Origin: Longimicrobiales bacterium
Lineage (GTDB): Bacteria; Gemmatimonadota; Gemmatimonadetes; Longimicrobiales; Gaopeijiaceae
DNA length: 64,000 bases
Direction of reading: 5' to 3'
NCBI GenBank assembly: GCA_965249725.1
Contig: CBDFMQ010000002.1
Location: 1,280,001-1,344,000 of the forward strand
The notes under the pieces were generated by a model. It saw nothing but the letters and a program-made list of their open reading frames with translations, was not told the DNA's origin and did no database searches. The translations under genes were made by a program, and so were the position numbers. Positions 1-10,112 of the stretch are shown here, in pieces; positions within the stretch are counted from its first letter, which is position 1; each line of letters opens with the position of its first letter.

Positions 1-1
1 G

Positions 2-463
2 GGACGGGCGTACTTTTTCCGAACCCGCGACATGAAGGAGCTGATCGAGGTCCTCGGCTCCTGGCGTGGAGAGCCGATCACGACCGCGATTCATGAACAG
101 AAGGTCGATGCCCAGCCCGGTCGAAAGGACGAGACCGGCTCACCGGAGGAGGCGCCACCAGACAAGGCGCCACCCGAGACAGCCGCCGAAACGACGCCAA
201 GCGAAGCCGACACGCCCGTCGCAAAACCTCCTGCCAAGCGTAGCTCAAAGGCCGGGGCCGAACCCAAGCGGGCCCCTGCGGCCGCCTCTCCCGAGGCCGG
301 CGCGTCACCCGAGGCCGGTGCGCCAACTGACGAGGATGACTTCGACGACGTCGACTTCGACAGCATCGGGCTCACAGACGCGGAGATGGAAGAGCTTCTC
401 GGTGAAACGAGACGGGACAGCCCGCCGGACGACCCGACGGACGACTCGACGGACGAGAGCTAG
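2..463 (+). CDS. Hypothetical protein, C-terminal part (5' end probably outside the window), with a Pro/Ala-rich then acidic low-complexity tail
   Basis: Frame is open from position 2 (GRAYFFRTRDMKELIEVLGSW...) to TAG at 461-463, overlapping the convergent MATE stop. Confidence 0.55.
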   Translation, partial: GRAYFFRTRDMKELIEVLGSWRGEPITTAIHEQKVDAQPGRKDETGSPEEAPPDKAPPETAAETTPSEADTPVAKPPAKRSSKAGAEPKRAPAAASPEAGASPEAGAPTDEDDFDDVDFDSIGLTDAEMEELLGETRRDSPPDDPTDDSTDES

Positions 464-1866
464 TCTCCGGACGCTACAGCGTCATCGAGGTGCAGCCGGG
501 TAAGATCCCGCGCGAAGCGAACACGCACTCGCACCAGCAGAAACAATGACACCGCCGCGAGACCGGCGGCCATTCCCCACCAAAGCCCGAGCGGGCCCAG
601 ACCCGCTCGGAATCCGAGATACAGGCTGATCGGTAGCCCGATGAGCCAGAAGCCCACCAGGTTCACGGCCATTGGCGCCATCGTATCGCCGACGCCTCGA
701 AGCGCGCCCGACGCCACGGCCTGCAATCCATCGAAAACTTGGAAGATGCCGGCCACCGGAATGAGAGTGGCAGCCAACCCGACCACCATTGCGTCCGAGC
801 TGTAGATCCGAGCGAGCATGTCCGGCACGGTCAGGAACGTGGCGCCGAAAAACACCATCATGCCGCCGACGAACAGGAGCCCTGCGCCCGCGGAGCGCCT
901 TGCCTTCGCCGGGTCCCCTGCCCCCACGGCTCGTCCGACCAGGACCGCCGCAGCCTGGGTGACGCCCACGGCCGCCATGAAGGTCAAGCTCGCCAGGTTG
1001 ATCGCCACCTGATGGCTCGCCATGGGGATGGTACCGAGCCACCCCATCGCGATCCCGATGACACCGAAGGAACCGAACTCGAGAAAGAACTGCACACCGA
1101 TAGGCGCCCCCAGTCGGAACATGCGACGAAGGGGAGCGGGATCCATCGCCCCTGGTCGTAGCGGCCACAGGTAGGGCCGCAGCACGGGCCACGCCACGCC
1201 GAGCAACGCGAAGAGCATGACCCAACGGCTGAGCGTGGTGGCCCAGCCCGAGCCCACGGCGCCCATCGCCGGAAAGCCGAGATTACCGAAGATGAGCACC
1301 CAGTTGAAGAAGACGTTCGCGAGGTTTGCCAAGACGATGACCGCCACGATCGGGGCCACGCGTCCCATCGACTGAAGGCTCTGGCGCAACACAATGAAGC
1401 CGTAGAACGGCAGCACACCGGGAATCGAGACGAGCGCGTACTCTGCGGCGATCGGAATCACATCAGGCGGCTGCTTCAGAAACGTCAGGAAGGGCAATCC
1501 AGGGGTCAGACATAGTGCCGTGAACAGCGAAAGGACGGCCGCCATCACGAATCCGCGCTGAATACCACGTGCGATTCCAGCCCGGTCTCCGGCTCCGAAG
1601 GCCTGAGATACGACCGGGTCCAGGGCGAAAAGAGCACCCAGGCCGAAACTCGCGGTCAGAAAGAAGTAGAGATTCCCAAGAGCGACAGCCGCGAGGTCGC
1701 GCGGCGACACATGGCCCACCATGACCGTGTCCACCGCCCCCATCATCATGACGCCTACCTGGACCGCCGCGACGGGCATGGCCAGGCGGATCAAGGAGAC
1801 GAGGTCTGCCCTCTCCGGAATCATCTGGCGTACGACGCGCATGAGCAGGGCAGATCGGGGTGGCAC
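460..1866 (-). CDS. MATE family efflux transporter (NorM-like)
   Basis: About 12 hydrophobic segments. Motifs VDTVMVGH, LAAVALG, QVFDGLQ...SGALRG.GDT. Start could be ATG 1842. Confidence 0.92.
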   Translation of the reverse strand: MPPRSALLMRVVRQMIPERADLVSLIRLAMPVAAVQVGVMMMGAVDTVMVGHVSPRDLAAVALGNLYFFLTASFGLGALFALDPVVSQAFGAGDRAGIARGIQRGFVMAAVLSLFTALCLTPGLPFLTFLKQPPDVIPIAAEYALVSIPGVLPFYGFIVLRQSLQSMGRVAPIVAVIVLANLANVFFNWVLIFGNLGFPAMGAVGSGWATTLSRWVMLFALLGVAWPVLRPYLWPLRPGAMDPAPLRRMFRLGAPIGVQFFLEFGSFGVIGIAMGWLGTIPMASHQVAINLASLTFMAAVGVTQAAAVLVGRAVGAGDPAKARRSAGAGLLFVGGMMVFFGATFLTVPDMLARIYSSDAMVVGLAATLIPVAGIFQVFDGLQAVASGALRGVGDTMAPMAVNLVGFWLIGLPISLYLGFRAGLGPLGLWWGMAAGLAAVSLFLLVRVRVRFARDLTRLHLDDAVASGD

Positions 1867-1955
1867 AAGAGACGCAAAGGACCGCGCCGGCCTGGGAGGG
1901 CGTGCGGTCCGAGAAGGATAACACTTTGCGTTGAGGGCCGGGATCGCTCCGCCGA

Positions 1956-2243
1956 CTACTCCCCGAGAGCCTCGTCCGACTCCAGTACGCGAGTCCCTCG
2001 ATCCCGCCTGATACGGTCCATTCGGATCTCGAGGAGGAGATTGCGCTCCTCCTCCAACTCACTCCGATCGTTCACGCTCGCGCGCCGTGTCTTGGGCACG
2101 GCAAACATAGAAATGAGCGTGATGGGAAAGCCGAGCCAGAACGCAGCGAACCGTTTGAAGCCGCGCTCACCGTCGCGGACGTAGGCGCAGTATGTGAAGT
2201 TGGCAGCCACCCAGACGAAAGACCCCAATAACCCACTGACCAT
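1956..2243 (-). CDS. Small hypothetical membrane protein (2 TM)
   Basis: 95-aa ORF with a GAGGAAGAGG RBS-like sequence, two hydrophobic segments and a charged tail. Confidence 0.6.
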   Translation of the reverse strand: MVSGLLGSFVWVAANFTYCAYVRDGERGFKRFAAFWLGFPITLISMFAVPKTRRASVNDRSELEEERNLLLEIRMDRIRRDRGTRVLESDEALGE

Positions 2244-2593
2244 CCTCTTCCTCCCTACCCGGATGTTCCGGGCTACTCACCATTTCGGCGGGGTCGCCGC
2301 ACCAACTCCCCGCCGCAGTTGGGGCAGAGACTCTCCATCGCCTCCGCACATCCCGGACAGAACGTGCACTCGTAGCTGCAGATGTGAGCTTCGTCACCCG
2401 GACCGACCGGGCGTTGGCAATGCTCGCATGTACTACGCATCTCGAGGGTCATTTCGTCCGTTTCGTGCAGTGGTCCCCGTCCCGCTGCCTACACCACATG
2501 GCCCCGGACGGTCGGAGTCCCGTGACGGGAGTCGACGCCGGACCGTATCTTGGCTCTCGAATCGCGATGGCCGTACTGCTTCCTAGGTGCCTG

Positions 2594-3076
2594 ATGCCCC
2601 GTAAAGCCGAATCACCCGGAATTCGCCTCGAGCAACTCTGGAATCGACTCTCCGCCTTTCCCGGCGGAGGTTGGGCGTTCAGTAGGCTTCTCCGCTTCAT
2701 GGTTCCTTACAGCGGGTCCATCGGCGCCCGGGTCGAAGCACTCGAGCCCGGATACGCGCGCGTCTCGCTCCAGGACCGACGTCGGGTCCGAAACCACCTC
2801 CGGTCGGTACACGCGGTGGCGCTGGTCAACCTGGGAGAGCTCACCAGCGGCTTGGCCATGCTCACCGGCCTGCCCCCGACGGTACGTGGCATCGTAACCG
2901 GCATCTCCGTGGAGTACACGAAGAAAGCGCGTGGCCGGCTGGTTGCCGAGTGCCGATGTGACCCGCCTCCCGTGACCGAGTCCATCGACTACACCGTAAC
3001 CGCCGAGGTTTGCGATGCCGAAGAGGACGCGGTGGCCCGAGTGTCGGTCAACTGGCGCCTGGGACCGGTGGAGTGA
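2594..3076 (+). CDS. Hotdog-fold thioesterase (PaaI/DUF4442-like)
   Basis: [40 protein letters not shown]. Start chosen at ATG 2594. Confidence 0.85.
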   Translation: MPRKAESPGIRLEQLWNRLSAFPGGGWAFSRLLRFMVPYSGSIGARVEALEPGYARVSLQDRRRVRNHLRSVHAVALVNLGELTSGLAMLTGLPPTVRGIVTGISVEYTKKARGRLVAECRCDPPPVTESIDYTVTAEVCDAEEDAVARVSVNWRLGPVE

Positions 3077-4095
3077 ACGACGGCCCGCCAATACCGGAGG
3101 TTCCCACTCGGCTCACGTCCGACGCTGGAATCCGGGTGCCGATCATCTGTGGCGCCATGTACCCCTGCTCCAATCCCGAGCTGGTGGCGGCGGCCTCGGA
3201 GGCCGGTGGCCTCGGTGTGCTGCAGCCGATATCGCTCACCTACGTCCACGGATACGAGTATCGCGACGGCCTCTGCCAGATCCGGTCGCTCACCGATCGG
3301 CCCATCGGCATGAACGCGCTGATCGAGCAGTCTTCGCAGACGTACCGCAAACGCATGGAGGAGTGGATCCAGGTGGCGTTGGAAGAGGGCGTCCGCTTCT
3401 TCGTGACGTCCCTCGGCAAACCGGATTGGGTGGTCCGCATGGTCGAGCCCTTCGGAGGATGCGTCTACCATGACGTCACCGAGCGGAAATGGGCGCAGAA
3501 GGGCGTCGACTGCGGAGTCCACGGGCTCATCGCCGTGAACACCCGCGCCGGAGGTCATGCCGGGGAGCTCGACGTCCGGGCGCTACTGGACGATGTGGGA
3601 GACCTGGGGCTTCCGGTCGTGTGCGCAGGGGGCGTCGGCACCGAACGGGAATTCGTTGAGGCCCTTCGACTCGGTTACGCCGGCGTTCAGATGGGGACCC
3701 GGTTCATCGCCGCGAGTGAGTGCTCGGCCTCTGACGAGTACAAGCAGGCCATCATCGACGCTGAAGAAGAGGACATCGTTCTCAGTGAGCGGATCACGGG
3801 CGTACCCGTCGCGGTGATCAATACCCCCTTCGTTCGGCGGATGGGGCTCAAGGCGGGGCCGCTCGCCCGTTGGATGCTCAGAGGCGGCCGTACCAAACAC
3901 TGGATGCGCACGATCTACGCCCTACGTTCGCTGTGGCAGTTGCGGCGGTCCTTGCGCGCAACAAGCGGACGCGGCGATTACTGGCAGGCCGGGCGGAGCG
4001 TCGCCGGCGTGGACGGAGTCGAGCCGGTGCACTCCATCGTGCGTAGATTCGCCCTCGCGGCCGCGGCCGCTCCGCCTGGACCGACGACCGAATGA
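3073..4095 (+). CDS. Nitronate monooxygenase / FabK-like FMN oxidoreductase
   Basis: [31 protein letters not shown] start overlaps the upstream TGA. Confidence 0.9.
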   Translation: MNDGPPIPEVPTRLTSDAGIRVPIICGAMYPCSNPELVAAASEAGGLGVLQPISLTYVHGYEYRDGLCQIRSLTDRPIGMNALIEQSSQTYRKRMEEWIQVALEEGVRFFVTSLGKPDWVVRMVEPFGGCVYHDVTERKWAQKGVDCGVHGLIAVNTRAGGHAGELDVRALLDDVGDLGLPVVCAGGVGTEREFVEALRLGYAGVQMGTRFIAASECSASDEYKQAIIDAEEEDIVLSERITGVPVAVINTPFVRRMGLKAGPLARWMLRGGRTKHWMRTIYALRSLWQLRRSLRATSGRGDYWQAGRSVAGVDGVEPVHSIVRRFALAAAAAPPGPTTE

Positions 4096-4147
4096 CGGAC
4101 GACCGACGGCCCGACGACCGAGTGATCGGCGACCGAGTGATCGGCGA
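4085..4147. repeat. 15-bp-period minisatellite, 4 units starting CGACCGA, last two identical
   Basis: Units at 4085, 4100, 4115 and 4130; the last two read cgaccgagtgatcgg. Confidence 0.75.
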
Positions 4148-4175
4148 ATTCCACATCCCTACCGGGAGAACACAC

Positions 4176-5486
4176 ATGCTCCGACGCATTCTATGCCTCA
4201 CCGCTCTCTTCCTTCTCCAGCCGGGAGTCTCGAACGCCCAGGAGGCCCGTCGGCGATGGGAGAGGATGGCGCAGATCCGCCAGGAGAAGTTCGACCTCGT
4301 CCTTCCCGAAGCCATGCGTGAGAACGGGATCGACATGTGGATCACGGTCATGCGTGAGGGCCATCTCGATCCGCTGTACGAGGATCTCGGTCGAGGCTAC
4401 GTCGGCTCCACGGCGTACTACATCTTCACGGACCGGGGCGGCGACCGGATCGAGCGCGTAGCCCTCGGCGTGGGCGGTTATCTGCTAGAGCAGAACGGTG
4501 CGTACGACATGGTGACCGGGCGCTACGACCTCCGCGAGTTCGTCCAAGAGCGGGACCCTGGGCGCATCGGCGTCAACATGTCCGAGTCGATCGGCGGGGC
4601 CGACGGCCTTTCGCACACGTCGTATGGGGCGCTGGTCGAGACGCTGGGCGAGCCTTATGCATCGCGGCTCGTGTCGGCCGAGAAGCTCGTGTCGGACTTC
4701 CGTTCGCGCCGGGTCGCTTCAGAGATCGTGGCATTCGGGGAGGCCGGTGAGATGTCCAGGGAGATCGCGGAGCGTGCCTTCTCGAACGAGGTGATCACCC
4801 CCGGCGTCACCGCCCTCGAGGACGTCGCTTGGTGGATGATGGACCAGCTACTCGAGCGTGGTCTCGGCTCCTCGTTCGACATGCCCTCCGTGTACATCAC
4901 GGGCCCCTCGGGCGTGGAGGCCACGTCGTCCGACCGCATCATCCAGCGTGGGGACCTGATGATGATCGATTGGGGTGTCGGGTACCTGAATTTCTACACG
5001 GACATGAAGCGCACCGCTTATGTGCTCAGAGAAGGCGAGGTCGAGGCCCCCCCCGGCATCCAGAACGCGTTCGACCGGGGCGTCGAAGCCCGGACGGTCA
5101 TCAAGAACACCATCAAGCCAGGCATGACCGCGAGCGACAACTTCGACTTCATCCTGGAGGCGTTGTCCGGAGCGGGGTTCAGCATCATGGAGACTTTCAA
5201 CCAGCCTTCGGACGACCCTGAGGTGACCGACATCATGACCGGCAACCATTCAGTCGGTAATCTGGGCCACGGAATTGGCCCGTCTATCGCGTGGTTCAAT
5301 CCCACCCGGATGACCTACGAGGTGGTGCCGGGCAACTTATTCTCGATCGAGCTGTTCGCCTACACCGCCGTGCCCGAGTGGGGTGGAGCGAAGGCCCGCA
5401 TTCCCCTCGAGGACGACGCGATCGTGACCGCGCGGGGAGTCGAGTGGCTGTACCCGGTCAATTCCAGAATCCTGCTCATCAGGTGA
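4176..5486 (+). CDS. Exported M24-family metallopeptidase (Xaa-Pro aminopeptidase-like)
   Basis: Signal peptide MLRRILCLTALFLLQ..SNA. Pita-bread metal ligands IDWG..YTDMKR, HSVG..GH, SIE, LEDD. Confidence 0.88.
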   Translation: MLRRILCLTALFLLQPGVSNAQEARRRWERMAQIRQEKFDLVLPEAMRENGIDMWITVMREGHLDPLYEDLGRGYVGSTAYYIFTDRGGDRIERVALGVGGYLLEQNGAYDMVTGRYDLREFVQERDPGRIGVNMSESIGGADGLSHTSYGALVETLGEPYASRLVSAEKLVSDFRSRRVASEIVAFGEAGEMSREIAERAFSNEVITPGVTALEDVAWWMMDQLLERGLGSSFDMPSVYITGPSGVEATSSDRIIQRGDLMMIDWGVGYLNFYTDMKRTAYVLREGEVEAPPGIQNAFDRGVEARTVIKNTIKPGMTASDNFDFILEALSGAGFSIMETFNQPSDDPEVTDIMTGNHSVGNLGHGIGPSIAWFNPTRMTYEVVPGNLFSIELFAYTAVPEWGGAKARIPLEDDAIVTARGVEWLYPVNSRILLIR

Positions 5487-5533
5487 GCGACCCAGGCGTG
5501 AGACATCCTGAGGAACATCCAGAGAGACACAAC

Positions 5534-6478
5534 ATGAGGTACACCATGAAGCACTCTATGAAGAGGCTGCGGTTCACATCGGCCTGGTTCGTGACGCTGC
5601 TCGCTCTCGCCACCTTTGCTGTCCTACCGACCCCGGGTCACGCCCAGGACGGGTTGAAGGTCCATATCTCCGTCGACATGGAGGGCGTGGTCGGCGCGGT
5701 GACCAGCGAGCAACTCGGGCCGGGGGGCTTCGAGTATCAGCGGTTCCGCGAGTTCATGACGAACGAGACCAATGCCGCCATCGAGGCCGCCCGCGCCGCG
5801 GGTGCGACCGAGATTGTGGTGGCCGACTCCCACGGTAACGGTCAGAACCTCCTCATCGACCGGCTGCCCAGCGACATCACGCTGGTCCGCTCGTGGCCGC
5901 GTCGATTGGGCATGATGCAGGGCATCGACGAGTCCTTCGACGCCGCCATCTTCCTGGCGTACCACTCGAGCACAACCAACCCGAGGGGCGTCCGGGCACA
6001 TACGATGTCCAGCGGGAACTACGCCGCGGTGACGATCAACGGAGTCGAAATGCCTGAGGCCGGAATCAATGCGGCCCTCGCGGGACACTTCGGGGGGCCC
6101 ATCGTCATGATCTCCGGCGATGACGCCATCGTCGAGGAGGCACAGACCCTGATCGGCCCCATGGAGGGAGGGATCGTGAAATGGAGCTATGGCTTCCATT
6201 CCGCCCGAACGCTCATGCCGGAGGCCGCGTACGCACTCATTGGTGAGAAGGTCACGAGGGGGATCGAGCGTATCGGCGAGTTGGAGCCGTATCGTTTCGA
6301 GGCTCCGCTCGAGGTGGAGTTGACCTTCAAGAGCTATATGCCCGCCGAGGTGCTGAGCTATTTGCCCAATGTCGAGCGGGTCGACGCACACACAGTGGGG
6401 TTCACGGCACAGGACATGGTCGAGGTGGTCACGTTCTTCCAGTTCATCGGCGAGTTCAACAGCTCCGCGACGCCGTAG
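5534..6478 (+). CDS. dppA: M55-family D-aminopeptidase (DppA-like) with signal peptide
   Basis: ISVDMEG, VADSHG, YHS..., RAHTMSS, E.GINA, SGDD. Start is one of ATG 5534, 5546 or 5558. Confidence 0.88.
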   Translation: MRYTMKHSMKRLRFTSAWFVTLLALATFAVLPTPGHAQDGLKVHISVDMEGVVGAVTSEQLGPGGFEYQRFREFMTNETNAAIEAARAAGATEIVVADSHGNGQNLLIDRLPSDITLVRSWPRRLGMMQGIDESFDAAIFLAYHSSTTNPRGVRAHTMSSGNYAAVTINGVEMPEAGINAALAGHFGGPIVMISGDDAIVEEAQTLIGPMEGGIVKWSYGFHSARTLMPEAAYALIGEKVTRGIERIGELEPYRFEAPLEVELTFKSYMPAEVLSYLPNVERVDAHTVGFTAQDMVEVVTFFQFIGEFNSSATP

Positions 6479-6535
6479 GCGCGAAACGGATGTCCGGTCC
6501 GTGCGTCGCACGGGCCGGACGGCTCCGCCCGCGAA

Positions 6536-7264
6536 CTAGCGAGAGCCCAGGTACTCGCGCACGAACTGGTGATGGCTACGGGCTTCTTCGGGAGTGCCAA
6601 GCTGATGGGTGGTACCCGCCACCATCCAGGTGACCGTGTCGGCCAGAGCAAGGACATCCGTGACGTCGTGGCCTGTCACGACGACCGCGCACCCCTGCCC
6701 CGCAAGCTCGCGAAGGGCCCTCGCAACGGCGGCCCGGTCGGTCGGCGTGATCCCCGCGAAGGGTTCGTCGGCGAGAAGGCACGTCGGACGACGCAGCAAC
6801 GCGAGAGCCAACTCGGCACGCCGTCGTTCACCACCCGAAATCTGGAAACACCTCTGCCCAACGATGTGTGCGATGCCCACGCGCTCCGCGACCGAGAGGT
6901 GATCGCCAAAAGGATCACCACCGTGTCGGGGGGATTCAGGTCGAGCAGCTCGGGCGGCAGCCTTCAGATGTCCCTCTACGCTGTGCGCGGGAGACAACAG
7001 ATCACGCTCCGGAAGGTAGAACACGCCGAGGCGGGCCAGCCGATGGGGCGCCGGATTCTCGAAGGTGTGCCCACCCACCTTGACCACTCCGTAGTCGGGC
7101 CGCTTAAGACCGAACGCGCACTCGAGCAGCGTCGTCTTCCCGGATCCATTGCGTCCCAGCAGAGCAGTGACGCTGCCGGCGCTGCCCCACAAGCTCGCGC
7201 CCTTGAGTACCTCGAGGCGCCCGAAGCTCTTTCCCAGGGACTGAGCCGTGAAGACGTGACTCAC
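6536..7264 (-). CDS. ABC transporter ATP-binding protein (LptB-like subgroup)
   Basis: Walker A GRNGSGKTT, signature ISGGERRR, Walker B LLADEPFAG, H-loop TGHD. Confidence 0.88.
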   Translation of the reverse strand: MSHVFTAQSLGKSFGRLEVLKGASLWGSAGSVTALLGRNGSGKTTLLECAFGLKRPDYGVVKVGGHTFENPAPHRLARLGVFYLPERDLLSPAHSVEGHLKAAARAARPESPRHGGDPFGDHLSVAERVGIAHIVGQRCFQISGGERRRAELALALLRRPTCLLADEPFAGITPTDRAAVARALRELAGQGCAVVVTGHDVTDVLALADTVTWMVAGTTHQLGTPEEARSHHQFVREYLGSR

Positions 7265-7572
7265 CGGAAGAGAAGTACGACTTGGAGCAGTACTTCCGAT
7301 CCGGCCAGCACGAGCCAGCCTGAGAACCACATCCCCACGCGAGACACACCGAGGTTGGCGAGGAAGATCCGGTAGCGGAGTTGGCGGGCATCGACCATAA
7401 CGAGAATCGACCCGACCGTGATGACCCACACCACGGACGCCCAGGAGTTGGCCGGAAAGCCGTTGGCCCGAGCGATACCCAACGCCACGGCATGCAAGAA
7501 CGTCCAGACGGCGAGAGCGCTGACCCCGAGACGTAGGACAAAGCCTGGAGCCGCCCTCACATATCCCATCAA
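7261..7572 (-). CDS. Small hypothetical membrane protein (3 TM)
   Basis: Hydrophobic 103-aa ORF whose stop overlaps the ATPase GTG start (GTGA). Confidence 0.6.
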   Translation of the reverse strand: MMGYVRAAPGFVLRLGVSALAVWTFLHAVALGIARANGFPANSWASVVWVITVGSILVMVDARQLRYRIFLANLGVSRVGMWFSGWLVLAGSEVLLQVVLLFR

Positions 7573-7612
7573 GGTCCGGAGCTCACGGGCACGAGGCGTC
7601 CCTGAGGAGCCC

Positions 7613-8497
7613 TCACGGCATCTTGAGTTCCACCAACTCGATCAGTTCACCTGACGGGCCGACTACGGTCGCCGCCCTACGCGTTCCGTAGGGCGCCTCC
7701 GAGTACGCACGGGGCGGCACCACCCAGGTCAGGTCATCCCGGTCGAGGGAATCGACATAGTAGGTGGCCATCGCCATCCCGGGGGGCAGCTCCCCCTCGA
7801 TCCGTGGCCGCTCGGTCGTCCTCGAGCTCGATCCGTCCAGCTCTTGGAGGCATCCGCCGGGAAGCATGATGACGTGGAGCCGGTTGTCTCCTCCCCCCAT
7901 CCTGAAGGGAGAGGTACCCGGCACTCGAAAAAGGTCCTCATAGAAAATCTGTGATGCCCGGGGGTCACGGGTCGTGACCAGAGTCATGATCACCTGGTCC
8001 ACGAACGACTTCGCCCTCGCGAACGGCATGTTGGGTACGTCGCCGTCGAGCTGCGTCAGATACAAGGCTTCGCCGTCGGGCCCAACAACGCGGAAGTTGA
8101 TGATGTCCTGCGAGAAATCGAGCTGAATCTCGCGCATGCCCGACTGCTGGACGAAAGGGCTGCCTCTGAGGGCATGCGACAGGGTATAGGTGTCTTGAAC
8201 AATGATCTCCGCGGTCGACCACCCATAGGACCGAAGCGGTTCGAAGCCCTGGGTCGGCGGGGCCTCGACCACTCGCAGATAGGTTCTCGCCCCCGACTCG
8301 GGTCCCAGGAGGATGTATGGCCGCCCCGCCACGTTTGGCGTGCCCCAACTCTCTGCCAGTTCCGCTGAGATCTCACCCTCGGCCCGAACTTCATAGCTGA
8401 GATGCGTTTCGTAACGAACCCGCACCGCGTCGAGGTCGGGCGAGGTGAACGTCATCATGGCGATCGGACATATCGCAGCTACGACTTCGGTTAGCAT
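7613..8497 (-). CDS. VOC/glyoxalase-like two-domain protein
   Basis: Repeated VOC-type motifs VVGPDGEALYL and VVGPSGELIELVE. Confidence 0.65.
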   Translation of the reverse strand: MLTEVVAAICPIAMMTFTSPDLDAVRVRYETHLSYEVRAEGEISAELAESWGTPNVAGRPYILLGPESGARTYLRVVEAPPTQGFEPLRSYGWSTAEIIVQDTYTLSHALRGSPFVQQSGMREIQLDFSQDIINFRVVGPDGEALYLTQLDGDVPNMPFARAKSFVDQVIMTLVTTRDPRASQIFYEDLFRVPGTSPFRMGGGDNRLHVIMLPGGCLQELDGSSSRTTERPRIEGELPPGMAMATYYVDSLDRDDLTWVVPPRAYSEAPYGTRRAATVVGPSGELIELVELKMP

Positions 8498-8502
8498 GGT
8501 TC

Positions 8503-8814
8503 CTATCCCTCCGGGTGATCCTCATTTAGGCCCACCTGGGCGTCCTCCGCGTCTCCGTCGGCTTCCGAGCCCTGCTCATCGTCCGCCAACATCCCCGCGT
8601 CGGCCAGTACCTTCCGCGCTCGCGCCTCGTCCTCCACCCGCACCACAACGCGCGCAGGGTTCACGAACGCCAGGCCTACGTCCATGCCTCCAGCATCGTC
8701 GATGAAGAGCGCCGAAGGCACGTCAGCGTCCTCGAGGTACCCGTGGGCGAGTTCCGCCTGGTGTCGGTAGTGGAAACGCGCCACGACCGTCGTGGGGACT
8801 CTGGCCCGACTCAT
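8503..8814 (-). CDS. DUF2007-like putative signal-transducing protein
   Basis: AELAHGYLEDADVPS...RVVVRVEDEARARKVL pattern. Confidence 0.7.
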   Translation of the reverse strand: MSRARVPTTVVARFHYRHQAELAHGYLEDADVPSALFIDDAGGMDVGLAFVNPARVVVRVEDEARARKVLADAGMLADDEQGSEADGDAEDAQVGLNEDHPEG

Positions 8815-8859
8815 GGAGTCACGGGAGCCTTCGACACCGATGCCGGCGCCAACGTGCCT

Positions 8860-9975
8860 CTACCCCGGGAAGAGCGATTCATCGATCGCCGGTACCAGCC
8901 GGACAGCGTTCTGGTAGTAGATCTTCCTGAGCACGTCCTCCGGTAGGTCCAGGCCATACATCTGCCAGAACGCGTGGTATTTCCGGTAATAGTCGAAGTA
9001 ATCGTCGTCCGTTTCGAATACCTGGAAGTAGGTGTAGAACTCCTCCTGGTTGTAGGAGTCCTTCCCCATCAGGACTCGGTCCTGGTACTGCCCGAGCCAC
9101 TTGGCACCGAAGCGAGGCTGCCGGCCGAGCTCGTAGATCACGGCGCCCAGGCCGACGTTCATGTTCGGAATCTCGTCGAGCAGCGCCCCGAGGCGCCCCA
9201 GATCGTGGCCAAGCCAACTCATGTGCGCCGAGATGAACGTCGTGTTCGAGTGTCGCCGAAACATGTCGTGCTGCTCACCGATGATCGTCTCGAACGGCGC
9301 GCTCTTCCCCGGAGGCTGAATTCGACCGGGACGAAGCTTGAGTTCGAGCCACCGCTCGTTGAACCGATCGTGAGGCTGCCAAAACTCCGCCGGATCGGCT
9401 GAGTGAATCAGCACCGGGATGCCCAACTCACCCGCCTTGTCCCATACGGGCTCCAGGCGCGGATCGTCAACGGGAATTCTCTTCCCGTCCGTATCGAGAG
9501 CCGAGAGACCGAGGTTCTTGAAGATCTTGAGTCCGGCGGCACCATTCCGGACGTCTTGCTCGAGCTGTGCCGCGGCTCGGTCACCCCACCCGGGCTCTCC
9601 GACGCCCTGGAAGCTCACGTTGGCGAAGAACACGAACCGGCCGGCGTGGCCCTGTGTCATATTCTCGAGCCCCGAAACCAAGGCGTCACCGCTTCCCCCG
9701 GAGAGGTTCACCATGACGGCCATGTTGAGCTCGTCCATCTCGGCCACGAGCCCAGCTACATCAGCGGCCGACATGCGGGTCGCCCTCTGATGACCGTGGA
9801 TGTCCACGAACGGAAAGCGAGCCCGGGTGAGCGGATGTTCAGAGACGACCAGCGTCTTGCGGGGCTCATACTCCTCGATGGTCGGATCTTGGGCCGCCAA
9901 CTGTGAAAGCCCCCCGAACACCGGTATCGAGGTGAGGGCGAGAAGCACCGCGAGTACAGAAGTGTTGAACCGCAT
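8860..9975 (-). CDS. Exported amidohydrolase (Amidohydro_2 family)
   Basis: Signal peptide, VDIHGH, GLKIFK, PVLIHSADP, ISAH, LMGKD, KIYYQNA. Confidence 0.85.
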   Translation of the reverse strand: MRFNTSVLAVLLALTSIPVFGGLSQLAAQDPTIEEYEPRKTLVVSEHPLTRARFPFVDIHGHQRATRMSAADVAGLVAEMDELNMAVMVNLSGGSGDALVSGLENMTQGHAGRFVFFANVSFQGVGEPGWGDRAAAQLEQDVRNGAAGLKIFKNLGLSALDTDGKRIPVDDPRLEPVWDKAGELGIPVLIHSADPAEFWQPHDRFNERWLELKLRPGRIQPPGKSAPFETIIGEQHDMFRRHSNTTFISAHMSWLGHDLGRLGALLDEIPNMNVGLGAVIYELGRQPRFGAKWLGQYQDRVLMGKDSYNQEEFYTYFQVFETDDDYFDYYRKYHAFWQMYGLDLPEDVLRKIYYQNAVRLVPAIDESLFPG

Positions 9976-10112
9976 TCGTCTTACTCCGTGGTCAGGCTCC
10001 GTCCATGCCGGCTCCGCAGATCGCAGCCGTCCGATATCATGCGATGCACAGTGGGACCCCGCACCTACCCCGACAGTTTCTCGTCGATGCGTCTTCGGGC
10101 CGGCGCCTGCGG

